Source of the DNA: Octopus bimaculoides
Lineage: Eukaryota
Direction of reading: 5' to 3'
Assembly: GCF_001194135.2 (NCBI RefSeq)
Contig: NC_068983.1
Location: 98,521,368-98,585,367 of the forward strand
DNA length: 64,000 nucleotides
Shown: positions 12,800 through 25,701 of the stretch, in pieces
Layout of the letters: every line of letters starts with the position of its first letter
Position numbering within the stretch: the first letter of the stretch is position 1
Program-made: the position numbers and the translations under genes
Notes under the pieces: generated by a model
Database searches by the model: none
Seen by the model: only the letters and a program-made list of their open reading frames with translations
What the model was told of the DNA's origin: nothing

Positions 12800-13066
12800 C
12801 CTCCTCTGGTGAAGAAGATTGGCCTGCAAGAGTCCTGTGCTGGTGCCACATAAAAAGCACTCATGTCGGTGCCATGTAAAAAGCACCCACCACACACTGT
12901 AAAGTGTTGGTGTTAGGAAGGGCATCTACCTGTAAAAACCAAGCCAATTCTGACTGGAGCCTGGTGCAGCACTCCAGCTTGCAGGCTCTGGTTATCTGGT
13001 CAAACCATCCAACCCATGCCAGCATGGAAAACGGACATTAAAGGATGATGATGATGACGATGATGA
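12800..13066 (+). mobile_element. RTE-type 3' tail repeat ending in (GAT)n
   Basis: GTGCCACATAAAAAGCAC...GTTAGGAAGGGCATC...CCAACCCATGCCAGCATGGAAAACGGACATTAAA(GAT)n. Confidence 0.8.
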
Positions 13067-14204
13067 AAAAATCTACTTTTCTATCAACCAAATGTCCAGT
13101 GTACATTATGCTTAGGTCTGCATATTATGCACAAGTACAAAATTTTAAATTTTAGAGTGTTGAGAACAGTGTGTTATGAAAATTTTTAAAGATTAACTTT
13201 TATTCTCTTTAACTACTTCTCTTGATTCTTGTGTTTATTAAATGCTAAGCAAATACAGGCATATCACAACTTATACCATTTCAAGTTATGTCTTTTCAAC
13301 TTTATGTCATTATTTTTTAAGAGATAGACCTCAACTTCACTTCATTTATTTGACTTTATGAGTATATTTAAAACCATAAAAAATTTTTTAAATACCTAAT
13401 ACTTAATACTGCAGCGGAAAACCAAATAAAATGTATGTGAAAATATGTACAAGCCATTTATTAAAACAGATATGAGCTAATAAATTTTTTTAAATGTTTT
13501 TTTCATGTTACATAATTTTTTTTTTCAAGTTAAATTGCATGGCTCAGAACTAATTACTGACATAAGTTGAGGTATGTCTGTACTTTGTAAGTTCTATATA
13601 ACATCTGTTCTTTGTTAGAAGTTCTCTGTAAGTATGCATTGATGAGATACACCCACCTTGGAGAAGACATCATCAATAGACAAGTCACATTTCAACAATC
13701 TCTGTGCTTAATTTTTGAGGTGTGAAAAAAATTAGCACGCTAACATAATGTTAGCGGACAGTTACATGGCTGACTGCTTCTGCTGCTGCAGCAATCATAC
13801 TGTCTCTTAAGATGCATGGTGCTATTTGGAAATACAGAAATCATGTTACATAGTTGTGCATACTCTACAATCAATGAGTAATCATCTATATACAGGTTAC
13901 AATATGATACTTAATATGAACACTTCAAAACATCATTACTCTCGCACAACTGGAGAAAAGCTTCAAATATTAAAAATAGCTTCAGAATTTTATGACAGTT
14001 AATGTGATTATACTGACTAAAATACTAATAATTTGATTAAAAGTTCTAATTGTTCTTACATCTTAAAAGTAGTAATAGCAAAATTGCACATTATAAATGA
14101 ACAGATGTAGTTTTTATTTTTAGCTGGAAATACCCACTGTGCATTATTATTTATATGCATAGAGAAGACTGGCAGAATCATTAGCTCACCAGAGAAAATG
14201 TTTA

Positions 14205-14450
14205 GTGGAGGCACGTGGCTTAGTGGTTAGGGTGTCAGCATCATGATTGTAAGATTGTGGTTTCGATTCCTGGACCGGGCGACGTGTTGTGTTCTTGAGC
14301 AAAACACTTCGTTTCACGTTGCTCCAGTCCGCTCAGCTGGCAAAAATGAGTAACGCTGCGATGGACTGGCGTCCCGTCCAGCTGGGGAATGCATACACCA
14401 TTGAAACCAGGAAACCGGGCCCATGAGCCTGGCTAGGCTTTAAAAGGGCG
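14205..14450 (+). mobile_element. tRNA-head SINE (family C variant with V-domain-like GCGATGGACTGGCGTCCCGTCCAG), nested in a family B copy
   Basis: GTGGAGGCACGTGGCTTAGTGGTTAG head, GTTTCGATTCC B-box. Family B halves flank it at ~14168-14204 and ~14552-14690. Confidence 0.85.
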
Positions 14451-14558
14451 TTGGACAGGGGATCACTCGGCTCGTCCATCAATGAAGAGTGCGGCTATCC
14501 ACGTGAACTGATGCGAATTGCAGGACTCAGTGAACATCAACACCTCGAATGCACAAAT
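14451..14558 (+). pseudogene. 5.8S rRNA fragment (dispersed pseudogene)
   Basis: GGATCACTCGGCTCGT..ATC.ATGAAGA...GTGAACTGATGCGAATTGCAGGAC.CA.TGAACATC.ACAC..CGAA.GCAC matches the conserved 5.8S core. No ITS, 18S or 28S sequence nearby. Confidence 0.88.
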
Positions 14559-14749
14559 GCTGCCAAGGTGGACATTGACTTTCATCCATTTGGGATCAAT
14601 AAAATAAGTCATGTAATGGGATTGATGTAATCAACTAGTCCCCTTCCCCAAAATTTCAGGTCTTTTGCATATACTGGAAAGGATAATTATATACATAGGT
14701 AAATAGGGTATACATATTACCTTATTATTTCATACACTATTTCAGTATC

Positions 14750-15330
14750 ATCATCATCATCGTTATTTTAATGTCCACTTTTCCAAGCTTGCATAAGTTG
14801 GACAGAGTTTTACACACCACATGTGATGCCTCTTATGCCCAGTTTTTCTCTCAAGGCACTTACGCTCTGTCGCACATGCATATTGACATTGCTCATCCAG
14901 CAAAGCATACTAACTTCATTTCTTTCAAGCCTTCACATGTCCTCTGTGGTCACAGCCTATGTTTCATGGCCCTGGAGCATAGCTGTTCACACACAGGCAT
15001 CATACAGTGTGCCTTTCATTCTGAGGGAGAGGCCCTTTGTTACCAACAGAGATAAAAGGTCCCTGAACTTTGCTCAGCCTATTCTAATTCTAGTAGCTAT
15101 GCTCTTAAAGCATTCACTTTCACTGCTGGCTTGATCACCTAGATAACAGAAGCTATCAACTACTTCTAGGTATCTCCACTGGCATTTGATGGAGTATATT
15201 TTCTGTACATTTCTAGTGTTTATTGTACTTATACATCTGCTACACACAAAGACTGTTTTCTCTGTTAACCTTTCTCTGATATTGCTGCACCTCTTATGTA
15301 TCCATAGCTTGTACTGGGTACATCTTATAG
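14750..15330 (-). mobile_element. RTE-clade LINE fragment (RT C-terminus plus tail), with stops
   Basis: Minus translation includes EVVDSFCYLG...TRIRIG.AKFRDLLSLLVTKGLSLRMKGTLYDACV...RLERNEVSMLCWM..LREKLGIRGI. Confidence 0.85.
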
Positions 15331-15414
15331 AGTTTCTACCTACACCTTTTCTACATATTGAGCAGAGCCATCTACCTGAAGGAATTTATGATTTATCAGC
15401 TTTCCTACTTACCT

Positions 15415-15560
15415 CCTTTCTGTGGAAGAGCGTAGGCTCGAAACATTAAAAACTTTCTCAATTCCCGAGCGTTATACTAATACATCTATTTGTTTTCTAC
15501 ACCACTTGTTTTCTACACCACTTGTCTTCGTCTGTTGTTTTTTTTGTGAATTTTCCCTAT
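15415..15560 (+). repeat. Dispersed repeat with a degenerate hammerhead-like motif; partial inverted copy at ~20905-20975
   Basis: CTGTGGA-A-GAGC-GTAG-GCTC-GAAAC-ATT; downstream AGCGTTA.ACTAATACATCT..TTG shared with 20905-20975. Confidence 0.55.
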
Positions 15561-16513
15561 ATATATATATATATATATACATACATATANNNNNNNNNNN
15601 NNNNNNNNNNNNNNNNNNNNNNNNNNNNNNNNNNNNNNNNNNNNNNNNNNNNNNNNNNNNNNNNNNNNNNNNNNNNNNNNNNNNNNNNNNNNNNNNNNNN
15701 NNNNNNNNNNNNNNNNNNNNNNNNNNNNNNNNNNNNNNNNNNNNNNNNNNNNNNNNNNNNNNNNNNNNNNNNNNNNNNNNNNNNNNNNNNNNNNNNNNNN
15801 NNNNNNNNNNNNNNNNNNNNNNNNNNNNNNNNNNNNNNNNNNNNNNNNNNNNNNNNNNNNNNNNNNNNNNNNNNNNNNNNNNNNNNNNNNNNNNNNNNNN
15901 NNNNNNNNNNNNNNNNNNNNNNNNNNNNNNNNNNNNNNNNNNNNNNNNNNNNNNNNNNNNNNNNNGGAAGGTTTGGAGGTGATGTACAGGAATTATATTA
16001 TAGAAAAAAATGAAGCTACTCAGAAATCTAGATGGTTGTACATTTACAGATTTTTATTAATGTGTCACATGTTTTATAAATCATATAAAGCACTTTTCAC
16101 CTAGTCTTGTAGGATTTTCAAATTTTTGATTTCACCTTTCGGTGCCGTCTCTTTATATAGTTTTATTGAGTGTGTAGGGGTGGAGAGAGAGATATATAGG
16201 ATAGTAAGAGAGGGTGAGGAATGGAGGGAAAAGTGAGAGAGAGAGAGTATCTGTGTGTGTGAGTGTGTGTGTTTTTGTGTTGGTGTGTGTGTGTGTCTGT
16301 GTGCGTGTGTGTGTGTGTGCCTGTGTATCTGAAAGGAGTGTGAATGGGAAAGAGAAAAGAAAATTGTGTCTATAGCTGGTCAGTTCTTTCAATGATAAGT
16401 TTATTCTTGGACTTCTAAAGAAATGGCAAAACCAGGTGGCATTGTTTTGAAGAAAGTTGTTTTTCAAAAAGAATATTTGGTGTCATTGTCTAGTAGGAGA
16501 GAGTGTGTGGGTG

Positions 16514-16557
<44 letters not shown>

Positions 16558-16599
16558 TCTGTGTTCGTGCATATATGTGTGCCTGTGTATTTGAAAGGA

Positions 16600-17060
16600 G
16601 TGTTAATGGGAAGAGGAGGGAAGAAGAAGGTTCTGTTTATTTATATATATATATATATAATATATGCATCTGTGTGTATATCTATGAGTATATATATATA
16701 TATATGTGTGTGTGTGTATATATATATATGAATCTATATAGGTGTATATATGAGTATATATGCACATATACATAGGTATATATACAAACATATATATACA
16801 TACATATATATAGGTATATATACACATATATATGTATGTATATTTACATACATATATGTGTGTGTATATACATACATATAAATGTGTATATATACATACT
16901 TACATACATATAAATGTGTATATATACATACATATGTGTATATATACATACATAATATATATGTATACCATCCCTAAGTATAACAAATGTATACACACAC
17001 ACATACATATATACATGCATGTGTGTGTGTGTGTGTGTGTGTGTATTTATGTAAATACAG
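16600..17060. repeat. Long TA/CA/TG low-complexity tract
   Basis: Seen directly. Confidence 0.9.
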
Positions 17061-18737
17061 GCGTATGAAAATATACCCATATATATATAATTAGAAATGT
17101 TGTATACATTATAGTGTTTTCTGTTTGTTTACATTAGTATGTAGGCACAATCCACACTTTTTTTTTGTGCATTAAATAGCTTGACCTCTGCTGAGCTGAA
17201 AAAGTTCCAACAAATCCTTCATTATTTGTTCAAGCTATTGCTAAGACCATTTGTGTGTTCTCAACAACTATTTTGTGCTCAGACAGTAAATGAGGAAGTG
17301 TTTCTCTTTCTTTTTCTCTTATTTAACTTGCAAACATCTGACATCACTGTCATCTCTACCAATTTCTTCCACACACTTCTTTCTGTTATATATTCCTACA
17401 AGTTAATGATGGAGCAAATTTTCATGGAATCTAAGTTATAACTTAATTATCCATGACTTTTTGTATGTATTTGTTATCTTTCTCTCAAAGACTTCCTTTT
17501 TTGAATTTTATCACTATACTACTTCAGCTTCAGTTCTTCTGATTCTTTTGCTATTTCTTTTTCAAGTGCTTCCAGTTTTTCTTGTATGTATGCCATTCAT
17601 TATTCTCTCATCACCAAATTGCATCACTTTTCTGACACCAGGCATTACAACTAATTCTCTTTTAACTTTTTCAGTGCCAACTTGCCTCAGATCACCTTGG
17701 TCCTAAGATACAGACTTCCTATTCTAAAGTGATCTAAATTAAGATCTTCCTTCAAAATTTCATAATTAATGTCCCAAACACCAGCTTGATAACAAAAAAA
17801 TTATTTCACTAAATTCTTCATTATTTTAAAAATATGGTAACAAAAGGGTTAATAAGCTATTATTCTTTACTGATATTTTCTCTCTTCTCTTTCTTTCCAT
17901 ATAGAACACATTTTCATTGCCATAGCTTTTGTTTCATGCATACATCTTTCTTACTCTTCACACACATATCTTCTTCAATAACCTTTTATCACTTGCTTGT
18001 TTGCTGAGATGCAAAAATCTTTGTATAAATTAAGATCCAATGGCTTATTTGATTTCAATCGTTAGTAAATACTTCTAATCTTATCTGCCATTTATCCATC
18101 ATTTCTTTTATTAGACCAAACACCTATCAGTGCTACACATGTTATCCTATAGCTAATTTAATCTCTCTGACATCATATGTGTTCTGTTAATGATGAAGAC
18201 CCAGGAGTTTCTCTTGCATTTTTTATTTTTTATTTCATCTGTGATAAAATTTATCCATTATCAAAAGATCTAGTATACCAAGTACTGCATTGTTTTAATC
18301 TTTTAGTCAGTAGACAGCTCAGTGTCTATGACCCTTTACAGGGACCCTGACACTAATAGAAGAGGAAACTTGGCCTAAGACCTTACTACTGAATAGACCC
18401 TGTTAAAAGCACCCAAGGCATCAAGTAGCAGTGTTAAACCAAGCATTGGACTAAGTCAACCACCCAATTAGGCTATAGCAGGATTTGAACTCAGAACACA
18501 AAGAACTAGAAGAAATACTGCAAGGCACCCAGTCAGATGTTCTTACAGTTTTGCCAGTCCACTACCCTAGATTGATATTTCTTTTTTATTAGTTCTAAAA
18601 GAATAAAAGATAAAGTTGATATTTGCAGAGATGGAATAACTATTGTGAGTCATTCTACCCAAAGCTTTAACAATTTTGTCACTTCACCATATGTTATAAG
18701 GTAAACAAATGAAGAACACTGTAGATAATGCTGGTCA

Positions 18738-19122
18738 AAATCTACTATTCCAGAATAAAAAACGAGATGATCAAGGCTGAAACATATTTCATCATAGAGC
18801 TTCCCAATCAGGGCTGACCTAGGGCTAAACAAAAGCAACAACAAAGAATAAGTATTAGATGAATCATTACACAATGTTGTCCTATTTATATCTTCTGCAG
18901 GAAGGATAGGATAGTTGTAGTTGGAACTGCTAAATCCACTATACCAGAATAAAAAATGAGATGATTGAGGCTGGAATATATTTCATCATAGGGCTGCCCA
19001 ATCAGGGCTGACCTAGGGCTAAACAAAAGCAACAACAAAGAATAAGTATTAGATGAATCATTACACAGTGTTGTCTTTTTATATCCTCTGAAGGAAAGAT
19101 AGAATAGTTGCAGCTGGAAAAC
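18738..19122. repeat. Tandem duplication, unit ~194 bp
   Basis: CCAGAATAAAAAA...CAATCAGGGCTGACCTAGGGCTAAACAAAAGCAACAACAAAGAATAAGTATTAGATGAATCATTACACA occurs twice. Confidence 0.9.
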
Positions 19123-19311
19123 TTGATCATAGGTTTATTCAAACAAGGCTGACGTGGTTTCAAGTAACAACATCTAGTGGTTGTTTTTTGTTCTATTATT
19201 ATTCATTATTTTATATCAATGGTTCTTGACCACTTTTTGCCTATGGACCCTTTTGATTCCTATTTTACTCAGGTGGACCTTCATAAACATCCAATGTTTA
19301 AAAAAATCTTA

Positions 19312-19469
19312 GGTGTGGCTGTGTGGTAAGTAGCTTGCTTACCAACCACATGGTTCCAGGCTCAGTCCCACTGCGTGGCACCTTGGGCAAGTGTCTTCTA
19401 CTATGGCCTCGGGCTGACCAAAACCTTGTGAGTGGATTTGGTATACGGAAACTGAAAGAAGCCCGTCAA

Positions 19470-19539
<70 letters not shown>

Positions 19540-20325
19540 TTGTGTGTCTGTGTTTGTCCCCGCCAACATCGCTTGACAACCGATGCTGGTGTGTTTACGT
19601 CTCCGTAACTTAGCAGTTCAGCAAAAGAGACCGATAGAATAAGTACTAGGCTTACAAAGAATAAGTCCTGGGGTCAATTTGCTCGACTAAAGGCGGTGCT
19701 CCAGCATGGCCGCAGTCAAATGACTGAAACAAGTAAAAGAGAGTAAAAGAGAGTATAGGCTGTGTGATAAGAAGCTTCCTTCCCAACCACATGGTTCCAG
19801 ATTCAGTCCCACTGCATGGCACCTTGGGCAAGTGTCTTTCTATTATAACCTCAGGCTGACCAAAGCCTTGTAAGTGGATTTGGTAGACAGAAACTGAAAG
19901 AAGCCCGTCATATGTATATGTATGCATTTATGTGTGTATGTCTGTGTTTGTCCCCCTGCCATCATTTTGACAATTGATGCTGGTGTGTTTATGTCCCCCA
20001 TAACTTAGCAGTTCATCCAAAGAGACCAATAGAATAAATACTAGGCTTACAAAGAATAAGTCCTTAGGTTGATTTCTTCAACTAAATCCGTTTAAGCCAG
20101 TGCTCCAGCATGGCCACAGTCAAATGACTGAAACAAGTAAAAGAATAAAAGAATGAAAGAATATCTTTATAATTAAATATTATCAGGAATTAGATAAAAA
20201 AAAAAATTGCTAAAAGTATAAGCGATCTATTATCTTTTATCTTTTATTTGTTTCAGTCATTTGACTGCAGCCATGCTGGAGCATCACCTTCAAAGATTTT
20301 TAGTCAAACAAATTGACCTCAGGGC
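19312..20325 (+). mobile_element. Two head-to-tail SINE family A copies (19312-19752, 19757-20165) plus an inverted tail (20228-20325)
   Basis: Homology to family A. Confidence 0.88.
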
Positions 20326-21384
20326 TTATGACATATAATTTTGTCCGCTTCTTGTTGTTGATGACAATGATTTATTTTTTAAAACAAAATGATTACCACA
20401 ACTTTTCTATGGTGTGTGACTATAACTTTATGGAGAACATGAGTTGTTGTTCACTCCTAATCTGCCTTGATCAGGCAAACTTATGATCAAAGACATACCA
20501 GTGTTGACCAACCCATCTTTTTCCCATATGCATGGAACTTAGAACTGCATAATCCAGTATGTCCTATTTTAACATGACAGTGTGCCATTTAAGAGAGATT
20601 TGGTTGTTATTTCTTGCAGTTTGGTCAACTACAGGGAGACTCTTATTAGCTGAGGAGGCTACTATCAATATTACTTTCTGGTATTTCCTTATCTAGAATT
20701 TATTGGTGAAATTTTGAAAAAACATACAGGTGCAGTCATGGTCATGTGGTTAAGATACTTGCTTGGTGCCACTTGGTTTTGGGTTCAATCCCACCTTGGG
20801 CAAGTGTCTTATTCTATATCCCCAAGTCAACCAATGTCTTGTGAGTAGATTTGGTAGAGAGGAACTGTATGGAAGCTTGTTGTTCATACACATATAGTGA
20901 GAATTTACAAAAAAAACAAAAGACGAAGACGGGTGTGTAAGCAACAAACAGATGTATTAGTTTAACGCTAATAGATGTATTAGGTAGTAAGTTGAAAGAG
21001 AGTTAGCTAGTATTTTTAGCAGATTAAAAAACCACAAAGAGGCTTTCTCTCATTGGTTCAACTTTCAATGGTAGATAAGTAAAAGTAGAAGTTTTCACTT
21101 TTATTCCTTTGATTCTATGTACTGTGGTGTGCTGTAGCAGTGTATCCTTGTGAATTCTCTACATGACACAAGAGTCAACAAGTACACATTCACCAATATT
21201 TCCCAGTATAAGTCACACAAATAACAAGTAGGTTTTATTCAAACACAACTTAAGAAATTACATCTTGTACATTTTCCCACAACACAAATAAACTCTGCTT
21301 TGCTAATAAATTATTTGATACTCTATATGATTAAGAAACATCATTGTTCTGCAATAATCTTAAAATTACAATTCAATTGCCAAA

Positions 21385-21840
21385 CAATTGCATAAGTTTG
21401 CTTCCCAACCAGATGATTTCAGTCTTGCTCCTAGGTACCTTGGGGAAGTGTCTTCTACTATAGCCCTGGATTTGGTAGATGGAAACTGAAAGAAGCTTGA
21501 GGTGTGTGTGTGTGTGTGTGTGTGTGTGNNNNNNNNNNNNNNNNNNNNNNNNNNNNNNNNNNNNNNNNNNNNNNNNNNNNNNNNNNNNNNNNNNNNNNNN
21601 NNNNNNNNNNNNTCTCTCTCTCTCTCTCTCTCTCTTTTTATTTGTGCCTGTCCCCTACCACTGCTGACAACCTGTGCTTGTTTTCATTCCTGTAACTTAG
21701 CTGTTCGGCAAAAAGAACAACAGAATAAATATCAAGCTTAAAATAAGTACTGGAATTTTGTTTGACTAAAAATTCTTGAAAACGGTGCCCCAGCATGGCT
21801 GTGGTCTTATGACTGAAACAAGTAAAAGAAAGATGAAAAA
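21385..21840 (+). mobile_element. Decayed SINE family A spanning a gap
   Basis: Head and tail homology. Confidence 0.75.
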
Positions 21841-21896
21841 TGAATGAAAGAACACAAGATATTATTTGTAATCTTTTACCTCTTACTTGTTTGCCA

Positions 21897-22625
21897 GAAT
21901 CATCATCAATGATGATTCTGGAAAATCAGCAAGGAGCTTCAGTTGCTGGAGTGGACTGTCAGAACTCTGGTGTAGAGGATATTCAATACAAGTTGTACAT
22001 ACCAAGGAAAGGCCAATTTAATGTTTGCAAAGACACAGGAAAATTGTTTGCTCCATGCCATGTGGTAACTTACCAAAGTTAAATTCCCTTATGAACAAGG
22101 TTCTTCTCTAATGAGGAAAATTTCAACCAAGACCAAAAGTCTAAGAGGAGAAATGACAGATGGTTATGTGAGGACCTTTCTGATGTCCCCAGAGTGATGT
22201 GCATTAAAATTCTAGCTACTGCATGGTGAGTAACAAAAATCATGCCATGCCACCTTTCCACAGAGGTCTTACAATTAATGCTGTTGGATACATTTAGTTG
22301 CTGAAGACAGTTGTTAAGCCCTGAATGGATTAAGTACATAGAAGAGCCCATGCAACCCAAGAATGGATGTCAAACAATCTTTATGATCATGTAACACCAC
22401 ACTTTATAACCTCCAAATTTACCACATTTAAATCCCATGGACTACTATGTTTGGAGTGTTGTTGAATGGAGACTAATCACCATCCTCATAATACCGTAGT
22501 TTCTCCTGAAGGCTGCCATTGTCCAGATGATGACTAAAATTAATAGAGACTATTTAGTACAGGCATATCAATGATTCTGGCCCTACACTGAAGCAGTCAT
22601 CACAGCTTGAGGTCAATTCATAGAA
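21897..22625 (+). mobile_element. Decayed Tc1/mariner-superfamily transposase, maT/DD37D-like
   Basis: Frameshifted segments IINDDSGKSARS; RKGQF..AKTQEN; FFS(N)EENFNQDQK..RRNDRWLCED; TQEWMSNNLYDHVT; PPNLPHLNPMDYYVWSVVE (the WPPNSPDLNP motif). Confidence 0.8.
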
Positions 22626-24309
22626 TAATATAAGAAAGCTTATGCACAAATTTTTATTAAATATATTTAGTATATTCTACATTAGAGCAGTCTTATTAAT
22701 TTACCATGTATGCCCTCAAATACCTTTCACATCATTTACTTTCTGTCCACTCTCCCATGCTGGCATGGCTTGTAGGAAGATTCATTGAAGAACCATTTTT
22801 ACAGCTAGATGCTTTTCTTGATGCCAACCCTTATTTGTTTTTTTCAAATTAGGAACTTTTTATTCTGATGGTCTTCAGAACCACAGAGCGACAAGAGGCA
22901 TTGTTTATCAGGAATGTAAACACATCACTGTTCAGCTCAAGCAGTATAATGCAAGGACTCATGGAGTACAAACATACACACATACATGCAAATGTATGTG
23001 TGTGTGTAATGCATTTAAGCTATCTGTTGCCATTACTGAAAGCTTTAAGAGCTCATCATACCCAAAGTTGTCTTACTGTGTGTCATTTCACCTCTCAAAT
23101 ATACATCCACCAACATTATTTGCTTAATACATAGACCCAATGCTGGGTCGATCCATCCTTTTGACAGATATTGATTTTGTCCTGCTGAGTATCTTTCAGC
23201 CCTGCTCACCAGATAAGCTACTGGGTGGTGAAGTGCTAATTTAATTGCCGATAACCTGACCATGTAACAGGTTGTACTGGCTTATATATATTAATACTCA
23301 GGGTGAAGTGACAACATATATGCATACATACACACATCCATATATATATGGATGGATGACTCTCAATTGATGATGGAGTTGTAAGGATGCCTTCAAGATA
23401 TATGGGCTGGCTTGGGCATCTTAAACCTGGCAGACCTTATTATTCTTCAGGCTTGAATGATGATGATGATGGAGGAGGAAAAATCCTGGTACTGGCCTGA
23501 AACTTCTTGTGCCAAGCTTGACAGAATAGAAGGCAAAGTCAACCTTGGCAGGATTTGAACTTAGAATACAGAATTTCAAGACAAACACTACAAGGCATTC
23601 TATCCAACATTCTAATGATTCCGCCATTTCACATTTATAACTAGACTACCCATGACCCACTGGGTCACTGACAGTTCAAGTTATAAAACATAAAAGCTGA
23701 TTTCAACATTGCATTGAAATTAAAGTCAATTTTATGATGATTCATTTAAATATTTCAGTTCATTTGTGTCATCATAGGTCTGGTTTACAAGTTTGTGTTT
23801 CAAGCATCCAATTCATGATCTTTCCTGCTTTTGTCTCTTTTCCTCTGTTCCACCAGATGCTCAGCTCTCCGAGTTTCAAATTCTTGATCTCTCTTGCTTC
23901 TGTCTCTTTCCCTCTATTCTGCCAGATGCTCAGCCCTTCCTTTATCAGTCTCATCAATCTTTCTATTTCCATGCCTGTCCCAATCTTGTTGTTGGTGTTC
24001 ACCACTATCTTGCTTACCTTCTTTGGCTCTCCTTAGCTGCACACTCTTCCCACTATATGTAGACCAACCAGGTGTGTTCTTCCTTCCTCATTGAGGCATG
24101 ATCTAAGAATAAAAAATCATATTCATCTTAGAAAAAATTCCTATTATCTCAAAAAATATTTTTTTAAATCAGCATTTAAAAATATTTCTAAACAATTAAA
24201 ATAGTATCTGCTTAAAGAAAGCTTAATATAAATATTTACTTTACAAACAACTCATATTTTTCGAATCATATTCACTTAAAAATACTTATAATGATTGAAA
24301 TATTGTCTG

Positions 24310-24635
24310 TTTAAAGAAATCTGAAATATAAATACTCATTGTACAAACAATTTGTACTTTTTAGGGTTGTATTACTTTCGGAGTATTTTCCCATTATGTG
24401 CCATTTAGGCTATTTAAGAAGGTCCCCCCCACCCAAAAAAATGTGTATCTTGGGAATCCGTGGTCTGATTTATGTGAAACTTATTCTATGCCGTTTGTAT
24501 TCACATTTCAGGGGTACCTTACTTTCAGAGTATTTTCCCATTATGTGTCAGTTTGGCTCATATTAAATTACAGACAAGCACGTACACAAGCAAGCACACA
24601 AGCAAGCAATCACAAAGTTTTAGTAGTATATAGAT
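24310..24635 (-). mobile_element. Possible Helitron-like non-autonomous element
   Basis: Minus strand begins A|TCTATATACTACTAAAAC followed by GCTT/GTCT micro-repeats; internal repeat TTACTTTC.GAGTATTTTCCCATTATGTG occurs twice. Confidence 0.35.
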
Positions 24636-24664
24636 ATATGTATGTGAGTGTATATACATCAATA

Positions 24665-25664
24665 GCATTTAGTATCCATGTTTCCTGCGGGCATGGATTG
24701 AACAGTTTGACCAGATCTGACAGGTCCAAGGACTGTATCATGCTCCACTTCCTACTTTGGCATGGACACCCTTTCTAATGCTAAGTGGACACCTTTTCTA
24801 ATGCCAACTACATTACAGTGTGTACTGGGTGCTTTTTACCTGACAACAGCATTTAGAAATGTCAACATACATCTTACAAAACTACAAACTCCAACAGAAG
24901 TGGCTTTATGCAAGATGAAGTATGAAATGTAAAGTATGAATGAAGGGACCAATGGAGGGAACAGGAGCTACATGACGACATAGAAGGAAAGGTGGGGATG
25001 ATCAGAGTAGTGCAGGGAAAAAATAAAAATAGTGGTGATGAGCTGTCTGGATTGACCTTGACCTTCAAGGAACAAAATGAGTAGACATGAAGTGCGGGTA
25101 GGGGGACAGAACGATAAGTGCAGATGGGTAGAGGTTGCAAGAGTATATGGGAGAGTGAGAGATGTGGAATAGTGGAAGAAAGTGAATATAATGAATAAAG
25201 AACAAATTTTGAGGAGTGAATGTAGTAAATGTTGGACAGGGTGCAGGGTAACCAATGATGCATGGGGGTGAAGAGCAACAGAATAGTAATATTGGGGTAC
25301 AGTAGACAAAAGAAGGATGAGAGAGAGATGGAGAGAGAGAAAGAGAGATAGATGATATGTGACTGGGTAGGTTGCAAGAATATGGGATGGAGAGAGATAG
25401 GCATAGTGCATTGAGAAAGAGAGAGAAAGAGAGAGAGATCATGGTGAAAAAGGAGGGAAAATTTGGTAGTTCAGCCATGTGATTGATGTAAAATGTGGGT
25501 GGAGAAAACTGTATTAATGGCTGAAGGATAACTAACAATGAAATGATTTGGGGCAGCAAGAATGATTAGTGGCTGCAAGGAAACACTGCAGCTAGAGAGA
25601 TGATAGTGGGAATGTCTTGAGAAGAAAACTGGACAAAAGGCTCAGTTGTGTGCATGTGAGATAT

Positions 25665-25701
<37 letters not shown>

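Noticed and set aside
23772-24005. Peptide-repeat ORF with a 69-nt in-frame duplication
   Set aside because: Only two diverged units, no splice signals and no recognisable homology.
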